A stretch of DNA of 64,000 nucleotides from Longimicrobiales bacterium (GCA_965238005.1 OZ250165.1:2048001-2112000); one strand, 5' to 3'. Shown: positions 19,745 through 29,602, counted from the first letter of the stretch. Program-made: numbers and translations. The notes: generated from the sequence alone by a model not told the origin.

Positions 19745-20719
19745 ATGACCTCGATTCCCCACATCGATCACCTGAACGCGGCTCGAGCGCGAATCTCCGC
19801 CGCGGTGCATCGGACACCCACGGTTTCCAGCCGCACGCTCTCGGAGCTTGTCGGCCGCCCCGTGCTCCTGAAGTGCGAGAACCTGCAGAAAACGGGCTCA
19901 TTCAAGGTGCGGGGGGCCCTGAACCGCATCCTGGACCTCGACGAGCCCAGCAGGGAGCGCGGTGTGGTGACCATCTCGGCCGGCAACCACGCACAGGCCG
20001 TGGCCTGGGCCGCAGCCCGGACCGGCGTCTCCGCTACCGTGGTCATGAACGCCCACGCCTCGCCGACCAAGGCTCGGGCCACGGAGGAGTACGGTGCGGA
20101 GGTGATTCTCCAGGGGACCGTCTTCGAGGCCTTCGACCTGGCTCTGGAAGTGGCCGAGGACCGGGGGCTCACCTTTCTCCACGCCTTTGACGACCCGCTG
20201 ATCGTGGCCGGGGCCGGAACACTCGGCCTCGAGGTCATGGAGGATGTGCCGGACGCCGCCACGGTGGTGGTGCCCATCGGTGGCGGTGGCCTCATCTCCG
20301 GCGTTGCGCTGGCCGTCGCGAGTCTCAGCCCAACAGTCCGAGTCTTCGGAGTCGAGCCCAACGGGGCATGCGCCATGCGGCAAAGCCTGGACAAGGGCGA
20401 GGCCGTCACCCTGGACAGCGTGAACACCGTGGCCGATGGCCTGGGTGCGCCGATGGCCGGTGAGCTCAACTACGAGATCGTCCGACGCCACGTGGAGGAC
20501 GTCATCCTGGTGAGCGACGACGAGATCAAGGAGGCGATGGCGTTCATCCTCGCCCGCACGAAGCTCCTGGCCGAGCCGGCGGGGGCTGCCGGGGTGGCGG
20601 CCCTCCTGGCCGGAAAGATCCCGTTGGCCGAGGGGCCCGTGGTGGCCGTGCTCAGCGGCGGCAACGTGGACCTGGAGCGTCTGCCGGACCTTCTGGCCGA
20701 CGCCGCCCCCGAGCACTGA
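19745..20719 (+). CDS. PLP-dependent threonine/serine dehydratase-family enzyme (fold type II, no ACT domain)
   Basis: SFKVRGA (PLP Lys), SAGNHAQ, PIGGGGLISG, LSGGN. Confidence 0.9.
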   Translation: MTSIPHIDHLNAARARISAAVHRTPTVSSRTLSELVGRPVLLKCENLQKTGSFKVRGALNRILDLDEPSRERGVVTISAGNHAQAVAWAAARTGVSATVVMNAHASPTKARATEEYGAEVILQGTVFEAFDLALEVAEDRGLTFLHAFDDPLIVAGAGTLGLEVMEDVPDAATVVVPIGGGGLISGVALAVASLSPTVRVFGVEPNGACAMRQSLDKGEAVTLDSVNTVADGLGAPMAGELNYEIVRRHVEDVILVSDDEIKEAMAFILARTKLLAEPAGAAGVAALLAGKIPLAEGPVVAVLSGGNVDLERLPDLLADAAPEH

Positions 20720-20721
20720 CC

Positions 20722-21468
20722 GTGTGCCGGCTTACCGCTTATCTGGGAGCTCCCCTGGAGGCCGACGCGCTGGTCTTCGGTGGAAGCCACTCGCTCTACG
20801 AGCAGAGCTACATGCCGCAGGAGCTAATACACGGGAGCGTCAACGCCGACGGATACGGAGTCGTCTGGTATCGCGATCACAAGCCGGTACGCGTTGTAGG
20901 GTCCCGGCCCATCTGGCAGGACGGAGAGCTGCGGGGTGTCCTCGAGTCCAGTACGTCCCCGATGATCCTCGCCGCGGTCAGGAACGCCACGCCGGGGATC
21001 CCGGTGGACGACAGCGGCAACTTGCCCCTAACCCATGGGCGCTGGAGCTTCATCCTGAACGGCTTCGTGGAGGACTTCCGAGCGAGCTACATGCGCACCC
21101 TTCGGTCCGGCCTTCCCGACGACCTATACGGGGAGCTCAGGGGCTCGTCGGACAGCGAGACTCTCTTTCTGCTCGCGGTCTCAGCCCTCAGGGACGGCGT
21201 CTCGCTCGCGGGGGCACTGGAGCACGTGCGGACCGTAGTGGTGGAAGTCCTCCGGATCGATCACCAGACCCAGCTGACCATGGTCCTGGCCGACGGGGAG
21301 GGCCTTGCCGCCCTCCGGACCGCCTCGGTCGAGGACACGAACTCGCTGTACCTCGCATCCGGTCACCCCATGGCGCCCGGCGGCACCCTCCTGGCCTCCG
21401 AGCGCCTGGACGACGACGGGTCATGGAATCCGGTGGATACAGACCAGGTCATGCAACTCGTTCTGTGA
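20722..21468 (+). CDS. egtC: EgtC-like class II glutamine amidohydrolase
   Basis: N-terminal Cys nucleophile (MCRL), NADGYGVVWY, AAVRNATPG, DSETLF. Adjacent to egtD and egtB. Confidence 0.85.
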   Translation: MCRLTAYLGAPLEADALVFGGSHSLYEQSYMPQELIHGSVNADGYGVVWYRDHKPVRVVGSRPIWQDGELRGVLESSTSPMILAAVRNATPGIPVDDSGNLPLTHGRWSFILNGFVEDFRASYMRTLRSGLPDDLYGELRGSSDSETLFLLAVSALRDGVSLAGALEHVRTVVVEVLRIDHQTQLTMVLADGEGLAALRTASVEDTNSLYLASGHPMAPGGTLLASERLDDDGSWNPVDTDQVMQLVL

Positions 21469-21598
21469 TAGTAAGTTGACACCAGCGACCGAACAAAGTA
21501 CTGAATGCGTGGGTAGCCCTGGGATCCGGGACGCGGGCCGGCCATCGACCGACTCGTAGTGCGCCCGGACATAGGTACGGTTACGCCCCGAGCGAGGA

Positions 21599-22564
21599 TC
21601 ACACGGGGGATCCCAGCACCATCGAGTAGAGGCCACCCTCGTCGTCACACCACCGGTCCACCCGGAGGCCGGCCTCACCGAACAACCCGTCCACGGTGGG
21701 GCGATCGTACTTGCAGCTCAGCTCCGTGCGAATTGACTCTCCCTCGGCGATCCGGACGGGCTCCTCGCCGGGGATTCTCACTTCCTGCGGGCTCAGAGCG
21801 ACAAGGTGCATCTCGATGCGCCCAAACTCGTCCAAGTAGAACGCCTCGTGCCGGAAAGCCGAGAGGTCGAAGTCCGTCCCTACTTCCCTGTTGAGATTCG
21901 CGAGGATGTTGAGGTTGAACTGAGCGGTCACGCCCTGGGCGTCGTTGTAGGCCGCCTCGAGCAGCTCGACGCTCTTGTCGCGTCCTGGTCGTTGGTCGGC
22001 GCCCAGCAGGAAGAGATCCGCCTCCTTCATGGATGATCGCACGTTCCTGAGGAGGTCCGCGTCGGCTCCGGGCTCGAAATTTCCCAGGGTGCTGCCCAGA
22101 AGCACGAACAGCACCGGAGACGGCAGGTCTTCGGTGAAGTCAAGCGGGGTGGTGATGTCCTTCACCTGGGGGTGGATGTCCAGCGAGGGGTAGTCCTCCC
22201 TCAGCGCGCTCGCGGTCGCGCGGAGAAACTCCCCCGCGACGTCAACGGGCGCATAGGCCCGTGCGCGTCCGGCGTCCACCATGGCGGATAGGAGGATCCG
22301 TGTTTTTTGAGCGCTTCCGGCGCCCAGCTCCACGAGGGAGGCCGGAGCCATGTCGGTGACCCAGGCTGCCACCTCATCATGGAGTAGGCGCCGCTCCGAC
22401 CGCGTCAGGTAGTACTCGGGAAGCTCGGTGATCGCCTCGAAAAGCTCCGAGCCCCGGGTATCATAGAAGTACTTGGACGGAAGCTGCTTCTGAGGCTGGG
22501 CCAGGCCCCACTGCGCGTCCTCCAACATGCGGGCACGAGCGCCCTCCACGGTCCCGATCACCAA
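21599..22564 (-). CDS. egtD: L-histidine N-alpha-trimethyltransferase
   Basis: KQLPSKYFYD, LPEYYLTRSE, ELGAGS, GSTLGNF, AYNDAQGVTAQFNLN, TELSCKY. Start is approximate. Confidence 0.93.
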   Translation of the reverse strand: MVIGTVEGARARMLEDAQWGLAQPQKQLPSKYFYDTRGSELFEAITELPEYYLTRSERRLLHDEVAAWVTDMAPASLVELGAGSAQKTRILLSAMVDAGRARAYAPVDVAGEFLRATASALREDYPSLDIHPQVKDITTPLDFTEDLPSPVLFVLLGSTLGNFEPGADADLLRNVRSSMKEADLFLLGADQRPGRDKSVELLEAAYNDAQGVTAQFNLNILANLNREVGTDFDLSAFRHEAFYLDEFGRIEMHLVALSPQEVRIPGEEPVRIAEGESIRTELSCKYDRPTVDGLFGEAGLRVDRWCDDEGGLYSMVLGSPV

Positions 22565-22571
22565 CGTGCCC

Positions 22572-23897
22572 TCAGCCGTCCCGGGCGCACCGGAGCCCAC
22601 TGAAGATCTGGCGGCGGATGGGATAGTCCCAGTTTCTGAACGTGCCCCGGATGGCCCCTGCCCGGGTGGCCCACGCGCCACCGCGCAGAACTTTGTATTC
22701 GTCCCCAAAGAACACCTCCGAGTACTCGGGATAGGGGAAGGTCTGGTATCCAGGGTACGCCCGGAAGTCGGAGGACGTCCACTCCCAGACGTCGCCGATC
22801 ATGCCGTAGCAGCCTATGGGTGACACGTTGCGCGGGTAGCTCCCTATAGGTGCGGTCTGGAACGAGAGCGCGTCGATGTTCGCCAGTTCGGGGGTTGGAG
22901 GCTCCTCACCCCACGGATAGGAACGCTTCGACCCGGTGTCCGGATCCCAGGTAGCGGCCGCCTCCCACTCGAGCTCGGTGGGTAGCCGCTTCCCGGCAAA
23001 CCGGCCATACGCCTCCGCCTCGTGGAAGCACACATGGCAGACGGGCCGCCGGGGATCGAGGGGCCGCACGCGATCCATGACCAGTACCGTCCATCCCTCC
23101 CCTTCTCGCCGCCAGTGCTTCGGAGCCGCCACCCCGGACTTCTGGAGCCAAGCCCATCCCTGGTCCGACCAGTGATCCCGATCCTGGTAGCCGCCCGCCG
23201 CCACGAAGCGGCCGTACGCTTCCTCGTTCACCGGAGCAGCGTCGACGAGAAACGGAGCCAAGTCGACCTCATGCCGGGGTCTCTCGTTGTCGTAGGCCGT
23301 GCTCCGATCGTCGGTGCCGATCTCAATCCGTCCACCCGGAAAGCGAACCATCACGTCGTTGCCGAACGGGTGAGCGGCGGGGGGCACCGGCACCGGCCAC
23401 CGCTTCGGAGGCCGGTACGGGTCGCCACGCTTGAGCTGAAGCGTTTGGAGGATCGTCTCGTTGTGCTGATACTCGTGCTGGAGCACCATGCGGAAGACGA
23501 ACCCATCCCGGATCAGAGGATCATCCCCCTCGAGGTCCAGCGCCGGGAGCCGGTCGACCACGGTGCGGCGGGTCCGGTCCAGGAACTCCCGGCATTCGAC
23601 AGTTCCTGGCAGTGGTACAGCGGATCGCACACTCCGGGGATTCTCGAACGGATCGTACATGCCACGAAGCCCCTCCGACCCGTCGGGGCCGCCGTCGACG
23701 CTTTCCACCAGCCAGAGCTGCTCGAAGTGGCCGATGTGCCCGAGGTCCCAGACGATGGGGCTCATGAGCGGATCATGTTGGACGAGCCGGTCCTCGTCGG
23801 ACACAGTGCTCACCAGCAGGAGGGTGCGACTCCGAGCTTCCGTGAGGAGGTCGACGATCTCATCCGTCCGGAGGTGCCGACCAACGTGAAGATCCAT
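22572..23897 (-). CDS. egtB: ergothioneine sulfoxide synthase (type I-like)
   Basis: DinB-like domain with Fe ligands GHIG and QHEYQH, FGE-like domain, C-terminal FRNWDYPIRRQIFSG. Confidence 0.93.
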   Translation of the reverse strand: MDLHVGRHLRTDEIVDLLTEARSRTLLLVSTVSDEDRLVQHDPLMSPIVWDLGHIGHFEQLWLVESVDGGPDGSEGLRGMYDPFENPRSVRSAVPLPGTVECREFLDRTRRTVVDRLPALDLEGDDPLIRDGFVFRMVLQHEYQHNETILQTLQLKRGDPYRPPKRWPVPVPPAAHPFGNDVMVRFPGGRIEIGTDDRSTAYDNERPRHEVDLAPFLVDAAPVNEEAYGRFVAAGGYQDRDHWSDQGWAWLQKSGVAAPKHWRREGEGWTVLVMDRVRPLDPRRPVCHVCFHEAEAYGRFAGKRLPTELEWEAAATWDPDTGSKRSYPWGEEPPTPELANIDALSFQTAPIGSYPRNVSPIGCYGMIGDVWEWTSSDFRAYPGYQTFPYPEYSEVFFGDEYKVLRGGAWATRAGAIRGTFRNWDYPIRRQIFSGLRCARDG

Positions 23898-24064
23898 CCG
23901 TTCTGTTCCCCTGTTCGCCCCTCACGCGTGCGCTCGCGGAGCCACAACCTAACCCGGGCCGTGTGTGGTGCGAACCCCGACGGGCCGAGCGCTGCGTTTC
24001 GCGGCCCAGGCTCCGACCTCACTCCCACCCCTGCGGATTCGGTCTTTCCTAGCTATCGTTGGGA

Positions 24065-24829
24065 ATGCTCGACGATGCCCTACCCGACGACGCCCCGGCC
24101 CTGTGCGCGGAGGGCGTTGGCAAGCGATACGGCACGGTGCCCGTACTCGACGGTGTCTCCCTCAGCGTGGCCAAGGGTGAGGTCGTGGCCCTGGTGGGCG
24201 AGAGCGGCGCCGGGAAGACAACGCTGCTCCGCCTGTTCAACCGGATGGTCTCCGCCGACTCCGGCCAGGTCTTGGTCGGGGGCCGGGAGATCGGGATGCT
24301 CAACGCGGTCCGGCTGCGCCGGTCCATCGGGTACGTGCAGCAGGAGGGCGGCTTGATCCCCCACTGGACGATTCTTCGAAACGTCGCTCTGGTCCCCTGG
24401 CTCCGGACCATGGGCTCGCCCCATGACCTGGCCCTCAAGGCCCTCCGGTTGGTCGGGTTGCCGCCCGAGGAGTTCGCCAAGCGGCACCCACGCCAGCTCT
24501 CCGGCGGCCAGCGCCAGCGCGTGGCGCTGGCCCGTGCCCTGGCGGCCGAGCCGGAGATCATTCTACTGGACGAGCCCTTCCGGGCTCTGGATGCCATCAC
24601 CCGGGGGGAGCTGGTGGAGGCGGTCCAGGAGCTCCTCCATGAGATCGGCGTCACGGTGCTCATGGTCACGCACGACATCCGAAGCGCCCTCCACATGGCA
24701 GACCGGGTCGCGGTGCTCCGGGGCGGACGGCTCGAGCAGGTGGCGGAGCCACAAGTCATACGTACGGCCCCCGCCACCAAATACGTACGGCACCTGCTGG
24801 AACGCGCCGGCGCCGGAGGGATCGAGTGA
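24065..24829 (+). CDS. quaternary-amine (OpuA/ProV-like) ABC transporter ATPase
   Basis: GESGAGKT, LRRSIGYVQQ, LSGGQRQR, LLDEPF, VTHD. Confidence 0.9.
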   Translation: MLDDALPDDAPALCAEGVGKRYGTVPVLDGVSLSVAKGEVVALVGESGAGKTTLLRLFNRMVSADSGQVLVGGREIGMLNAVRLRRSIGYVQQEGGLIPHWTILRNVALVPWLRTMGSPHDLALKALRLVGLPPEEFAKRHPRQLSGGQRQRVALARALAAEPEIILLDEPFRALDAITRGELVEAVQELLHEIGVTVLMVTHDIRSALHMADRVAVLRGGRLEQVAEPQVIRTAPATKYVRHLLERAGAGGIE

Positions 24830-26406
24830 GCCGCCGTACCGCGCCCCTGTTCCCCCTTCTCGCTCTCTGCCTGGTCTCGGGCGGGGTCCCGGCGAGATCG
24901 TCGGCCCAGCGTCCTCCAGTGATCGTGGCGTCTAAGCCCTTCGGGGAGTCGTTCCTCCTGGCAGAGATGTTCGCCCAGCTCCTTGAGAGCCGGGGCATCG
25001 CCGTGGAGCGTCGCCTGGGCCTCGGCGCCACCCAGATCGCCTTCCAGGCGCTCCGTAGCGGCGCCATCGACGTCTACCCGGAGTACACGGGCACGGGGCT
25101 CGTAGCCGTCTTGAACCAGACGCCCGAGGGCACGCCCGAGCAGGTCTTCCGATCGGTCTCGAGGGCTTTCCGAGAACGCTGGGGGATTCGCTGGTTGCCT
25201 CCCCTGGGCTTCGAGAACAAGTACGCGATCGCCGTGCGACCCAGCTCCGCAGAGAGTGATAGCCTACGAACGCTTTCGGATCTGGCGGAGGTGGCCTCCC
25301 GGTACGTGGGAGGGTTCTCGCCGGACTTCATCGGACGAGCGGATGGACTGCCGGGCCTGGAGGATGCGTACGGCCTCCGCATGCGCGACGTCCGCTCGCT
25401 CCTTCAGGCGGTGAAGTACGAGGCGCTTGCCCGGGGAGAGGTCGACGTCATCGACGGGTACTCCACCGACGGCCTCATCGACCGGTTCGACCTGGTGGTG
25501 CTCACCGACGATCTGGAGTTCTTCCCTCCCTACCAGGCAGCCCCCGTGGTGGGCCGGAATCTCTGGCAGGGCCGGCCCGACGCCATACGCGCCCTCACGG
25601 AGCTCGCCGGGACGCTGGACGAGGAGCTCATGCGCGGGCTGAACCGTCGTGTAGAAGTCGACGGCGAAGAGCTGGGTGCGGTCGCTCGGGACGCTCTGAC
25701 CGAGATCGGGCTCGTGGGCGGTCCGGCCGTGCGGCTCATCGCAGACGCGAGGGAGGATCAGATCTCTCTTGGCGTCTACCTCTGGGAGAACCGGAGCCGG
25801 ACGTTGGCGCTCACGGCCCGGCATCTCCTTCTCGTGATCGTGTCCCTCCTGGCGGCATGCCTGGTGGCGATTCCCCTGGGTTTGATCCTGGACAAGACCC
25901 AGCGCCGGGCAGAGGTGGTGATCCGCGGTGTCGGGCTTTTCCAGACGATCCCGAGCATCGCTCTCCTGGCGTTCATGATTCCGATGCTGGGTATCGGGGT
26001 GGTTCCGGCACTCGTGGCTCTCTTCCTCTACTCCCTGTTCCCCATCCTTCGGAACACGTACACGGGGATCAGGGATGCGGACCCTGCCGCTGTCGACTCG
26101 GCCCGCTCCCTGGGGATGACGAACAATCAGATCCTGCGCTACATCCGCTTTCCGCTGGCCGTGCCGGTGATCATGGCCGGGGTCCGCACGGCCGCGGTCA
26201 TCACCGTGGGCACGGCGACGCTGGCCGCCTTCATCGGTGCCGGGGGCCTGGGCGACCCCATCGTGGCCGGGCTCGCCCTGAGTGACACGCAGATGATCCT
26301 CTCGGGGGCCTTACCCGCAGCCGTCCTGGCGTTTCTCGTGGACGCGGGGTTGGGCGTGCTGGAGCGAGTGGTCACGCCGGCCGGCCTCACCGTCAAGAGC
26401 ACCTAG
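24826..26406 (+). CDS. betaine-type ABC transporter, fused substrate-binding protein and permease
   Basis: YPEYTGT, GFENKYA, YSTDG and FFPPY in the binding domain; QTIPSIALLA, LRNTYTG and FIGAGGLG in the permease. Confidence 0.9.
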   Translation: MSRRTAPLFPLLALCLVSGGVPARSSAQRPPVIVASKPFGESFLLAEMFAQLLESRGIAVERRLGLGATQIAFQALRSGAIDVYPEYTGTGLVAVLNQTPEGTPEQVFRSVSRAFRERWGIRWLPPLGFENKYAIAVRPSSAESDSLRTLSDLAEVASRYVGGFSPDFIGRADGLPGLEDAYGLRMRDVRSLLQAVKYEALARGEVDVIDGYSTDGLIDRFDLVVLTDDLEFFPPYQAAPVVGRNLWQGRPDAIRALTELAGTLDEELMRGLNRRVEVDGEELGAVARDALTEIGLVGGPAVRLIADAREDQISLGVYLWENRSRTLALTARHLLLVIVSLLAACLVAIPLGLILDKTQRRAEVVIRGVGLFQTIPSIALLAFMIPMLGIGVVPALVALFLYSLFPILRNTYTGIRDADPAAVDSARSLGMTNNQILRYIRFPLAVPVIMAGVRTAAVITVGTATLAAFIGAGGLGDPIVAGLALSDTQMILSGALPAAVLAFLVDAGLGVLERVVTPAGLTVKST

Positions 26407-26494
26407 TGTTCCGTTTCCGAAGTTCGCGAACCACCAAGAGGGTCGGATGCACCGTGCCCTCGACTGGCCGAGACACTGTAGTAACGAGACACTA
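26404..26494 (+). mobile_element. MITE copy A (IS630-like, about 91 bp)
   Basis: TA-GTGTTCCGTTTCCGAAGT ... GTAACGAGACAC-TA. Closely similar to the reverse complement of 48164-48261. Its first TAG is the permease stop codon. Confidence 0.8.
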
Positions 26495-26537
26495 ACAGCC
26501 TGTAAGCGATGAACGATTACAGGCCCCCAGCCTGTCG

Positions 26538-28742
26538 ATGACCCACTCCACGGCTCCGAACGGGGCGAGCCCCGGGGTGCGACCGGAGAAGGGCTGGGTG
26601 AGGCGAGGCCAGCAGGTTCTGGGGCTCGGCATACTCCTCTTCGCCTTCGCCCCCATCTACCGGATCATGGACACCTCCGCCGAGGCGCCCCACCGGCAGG
26701 TGAGCGTCGAGGTGGCCGAGTTGAACCTCCAGCTGGCGTGGTGGGGCACCATCGTGACGATCCTGCTCGTCTGTATTCTGGCTCTGCTGTTCCCGCCCAG
26801 CCTGCCACGTGTGCTGGGCGGGCGCCTCCTCGAGTGGATCGAACGGCCATCCAGCGGAGCGTTCGCTCTTGCGCTGGGAGCGTTGTCGGGCGCGATCGCG
26901 GTGTTCACCGGACGCGTCCTCTACCAGGGCCTCTTCACGAACGTCGACGAGATCGCATCGACGCTTCAGGCGCGGTACCTCGCCCAGGGGATGCTGGCGG
27001 GCCCGATCTCCGAGGCGCCTGATGCCTGGCTGATCCCCAATACCCTGATGGTGGCTGAGGGCTGGGTGTCGCACTTCCCGCCGACGCACCTCTTCGCCAT
27101 GGCGGCCCTGACGCGGCTGGGCGCCCCCATGCTCCTAGGGCCCCTTTTCACCGCAGTGCTCACCGGCCTCGTGGCACTGTCCCTTCCGCGCCTCCTCCCC
27201 GATCAACGCGGGCTCGCCCGTGTGGCGGCCCTGGCCGTGGCCCTGAGCCCTTTCCTGCTCTTCCTGGGGGGCGGCTCCATGAGCCACGTGTCGGCCGGGG
27301 CCTTCGGTGCGGCGGCGCTCTATGCCGCGCTTCGGGCACGGGACGGCAGCTCGTGGTGGGCGCTGGGAGCGGGGGCTGCGGTGGGGCTCATGGTCTCGGA
27401 CCGGCCCATGGTCGGCCTTGTGCTGGGAAGCGTGTTCACCCTCGGGATCTGGGTGCCGTCCGCCATCCGCTCTGCCGCCCCGTCGGCGGCCTGGATGACA
27501 CCGCGCGTGGGACTGACCCTGCTCGGCGGCGCCCCCTTCGCCGCGATGCTCGGCTGGTACAACGCCCGTCTCTTCGGGAGTCCCCTTACGCTCGGGTACC
27601 TGGCAGGGTTCGGGGACCATCACCGCCTGGGCTTCCACATGGACCCGTGGGGCTACCCGTACACCCTGGAGGAGGCCCTGGGCTTCACGTCGTCGGACGT
27701 ACTGAGCATGGGCATTCAACTTCTGGAGACTCCCTTCCCCGTCACCGCGTTCATCGTCGTCTACCTCCTGACCGCCACGAGCCTTCCCAGGGGGATGGGG
27801 GTCCTCCTGGCATGGGCTCTACTGCCGGTCCTGGCCAACGGGTACTACTGGTTTCATGACGTGCGCATGCTGTTCGAGGCTGCTCCGGCCTGGATCGCCA
27901 TGGGCGTGTTGGCGGCCCTCGCTCTGGCGGGCGGCCCGGGGCAAGATGTGGGGCAGGATGCGGACATTCCGAGCACGGCGTACCGCCCCGAGAGGGACGA
28001 TCACGCCGAGCCGGCGCAGGAGCAGGCTCCCGACAGCCGCATCACGGCGAACCGGTGGGCCCGGGACCTGGCCACGTGGGCCATTGTCCTGGGTGTCCTC
28101 GGGTCCGTGGTCTGGGGCGTTCCAACCCGATGGGAAAGCTACGGATGGAGCCAGGAGACCCTGGAGCGCATCACGGCGCCCGAGCCCCCCACCGAGTCGG
28201 CTGCCATCGTCTTCGTTCACACGTCGTGGAACGAGCGCCTGAGCGCCACCCTCCAGGGCGCCGGAGGTGTGCGTCAGGACACCGTCATCACGGCGCTGAG
28301 GAGAAACACGAACTGTCAGCTGCACCTCTACGCCCTGGGCCGCGAGGCGATCGCTCGAGGATCTCGAGATGTGACGTTGCCCGGAGTGGATTTGGACCAG
28401 ATCCCCGGCACCCCCCCGGACATCCAACGACCCCCCGCTCCCACCGGCGCTACCCTGCGGATCCGCCCGAACGAGGTCTTCCCGGACTCCTGCATCCAAC
28501 AACTCCGCGCCGATCGCTTCGGGGCCGTGGCCCTCGCCCCTCTGGTCTGGCAAGGAGACCTCCCGGGAATCGAAGGAGGTCTGCCCCTGTTCGTGCGGGA
28601 TCTCGGTCCCGAGAAGAACCGGCGGATCCTCGCCTTGTATCCGGATCGGGCCGCCTTCGTCTTCGTGCCCAAGGCCCCAGACCAGGCCCCCGAGCTCGTC
28701 TCCTATGCCGAGGCGATGGCGATCCTTTGGGGGCCCGCGTGA
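26538..28742 (+). CDS. polytopic membrane protein, probable GT-C fold glycosyltransferase
   Basis: Many TM helices, first-loop NVDE motif, lies next to a sugar-modification cluster. Confidence 0.6.
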   Translation: MTHSTAPNGASPGVRPEKGWVRRGQQVLGLGILLFAFAPIYRIMDTSAEAPHRQVSVEVAELNLQLAWWGTIVTILLVCILALLFPPSLPRVLGGRLLEWIERPSSGAFALALGALSGAIAVFTGRVLYQGLFTNVDEIASTLQARYLAQGMLAGPISEAPDAWLIPNTLMVAEGWVSHFPPTHLFAMAALTRLGAPMLLGPLFTAVLTGLVALSLPRLLPDQRGLARVAALAVALSPFLLFLGGGSMSHVSAGAFGAAALYAALRARDGSSWWALGAGAAVGLMVSDRPMVGLVLGSVFTLGIWVPSAIRSAAPSAAWMTPRVGLTLLGGAPFAAMLGWYNARLFGSPLTLGYLAGFGDHHRLGFHMDPWGYPYTLEEALGFTSSDVLSMGIQLLETPFPVTAFIVVYLLTATSLPRGMGVLLAWALLPVLANGYYWFHDVRMLFEAAPAWIAMGVLAALALAGGPGQDVGQDADIPSTAYRPERDDHAEPAQEQAPDSRITANRWARDLATWAIVLGVLGSVVWGVPTRWESYGWSQETLERITAPEPPTESAAIVFVHTSWNERLSATLQGAGGVRQDTVITALRRNTNCQLHLYALGREAIARGSRDVTLPGVDLDQIPGTPPDIQRPPAPTGATLRIRPNEVFPDSCIQQLRADRFGAVALAPLVWQGDLPGIEGGLPLFVRDLGPEKNRRILALYPDRAAFVFVPKAPDQAPELVSYAEAMAILWGPA

Positions 28743-29563
28743 CCGACCTTTCCTCCCATCTCACGCTTGACGAGCACGGCATCTGGCGCGCACGCGACAC
28801 AGAGGAGCTCTCCTATCCCAACACCGGGCACGCGACGTGCTTTCAGTTCGAGGATGACTCCTTTTGGTTTCGACATCGCAACGCCTGTCTGGTGGCGTTG
28901 GTCAAACGATTTCAGCCCGAGGGGGCGATCGTCGATGTGGGGGGAGGCAATGGAGTCGTCGCAAAGGCACTGATCAACGCTGGCTTCGATTGTATTCTGC
29001 TCGAGCCGGGACCCGCCGGGGCGCTGAATGCCAAGACCCATCGTGGGATCCCCGAGGTCATTTGTTCGACGGTCCGAGGTGCCCGTTTTGAACCCGAGTC
29101 CGTGGCTGCGGTGGGCCTCTTCGACGTGCTCGAGCACCTGGAAGACGATGCTGGGATGGTGGCCGACTTGGCGCGTGTGCTGAAAGCTGACGGGCTCTTC
29201 TTCGGTACCGTACCAGCATACCAATGGCTGTGGTCCCAGGCGGATGAGTTTGCTCAACACCATCGGCGGTACACTCGAGAGTCTCTACATAGCCTGCTTG
29301 GTAGGGATTACCACGTCCTGTATTCAAGCTACTTCTTTCGAGCTCTGACCCTTCCGATCTATTTGCTGCGCGCTCTACCGTTCAGGCTGGGCCTCACCAA
29401 GAAGGCAGGTCTCATGACTGTGGAGACTGAACACGGCACCGATCAAGGGGTGGCTGCAGGTATCATCTCACGCGTGCTCGCCGGCGAGCTCGGGCGCTTG
29501 GAGCGTGGCCTCAGCCTGAGCTGGGGAGCGAGCCTGCTGTTCGCTGCGCGCAAGAAGTCGTGA
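28739..29563 (+). CDS. class I SAM-dependent methyltransferase
   Basis: SFWFRHRN, VDVGGGNG, LFDVLEH, HHRRYT. GTG start overlaps the upstream TGA. Confidence 0.85.
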   Translation: MTDLSSHLTLDEHGIWRARDTEELSYPNTGHATCFQFEDDSFWFRHRNACLVALVKRFQPEGAIVDVGGGNGVVAKALINAGFDCILLEPGPAGALNAKTHRGIPEVICSTVRGARFEPESVAAVGLFDVLEHLEDDAGMVADLARVLKADGLFFGTVPAYQWLWSQADEFAQHHRRYTRESLHSLLGRDYHVLYSSYFFRALTLPIYLLRALPFRLGLTKKAGLMTVETEHGTDQGVAAGIISRVLAGELGRLERGLSLSWGASLLFAARKKS

Positions 29564-29602
29564 CGCTGCATCTACCGAGTGATCCCGCGGTTCCATACGT
29601 CG

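Noticed and set aside
21469..21598. egtC-egtD intergenic region with TTGACA as a possible ncRNA or promoter
   Set aside because: No convincing -10 at proper spacing, no clear structure, and no second copy.
20722..23897. Selenoneine (senABC) or ovothiol cluster
   Set aside because: No SenB glycosyltransferase or SelD homologue nearby, no C-terminal methyltransferase on the sulfoxide synthase, and egtC/egtD are present.
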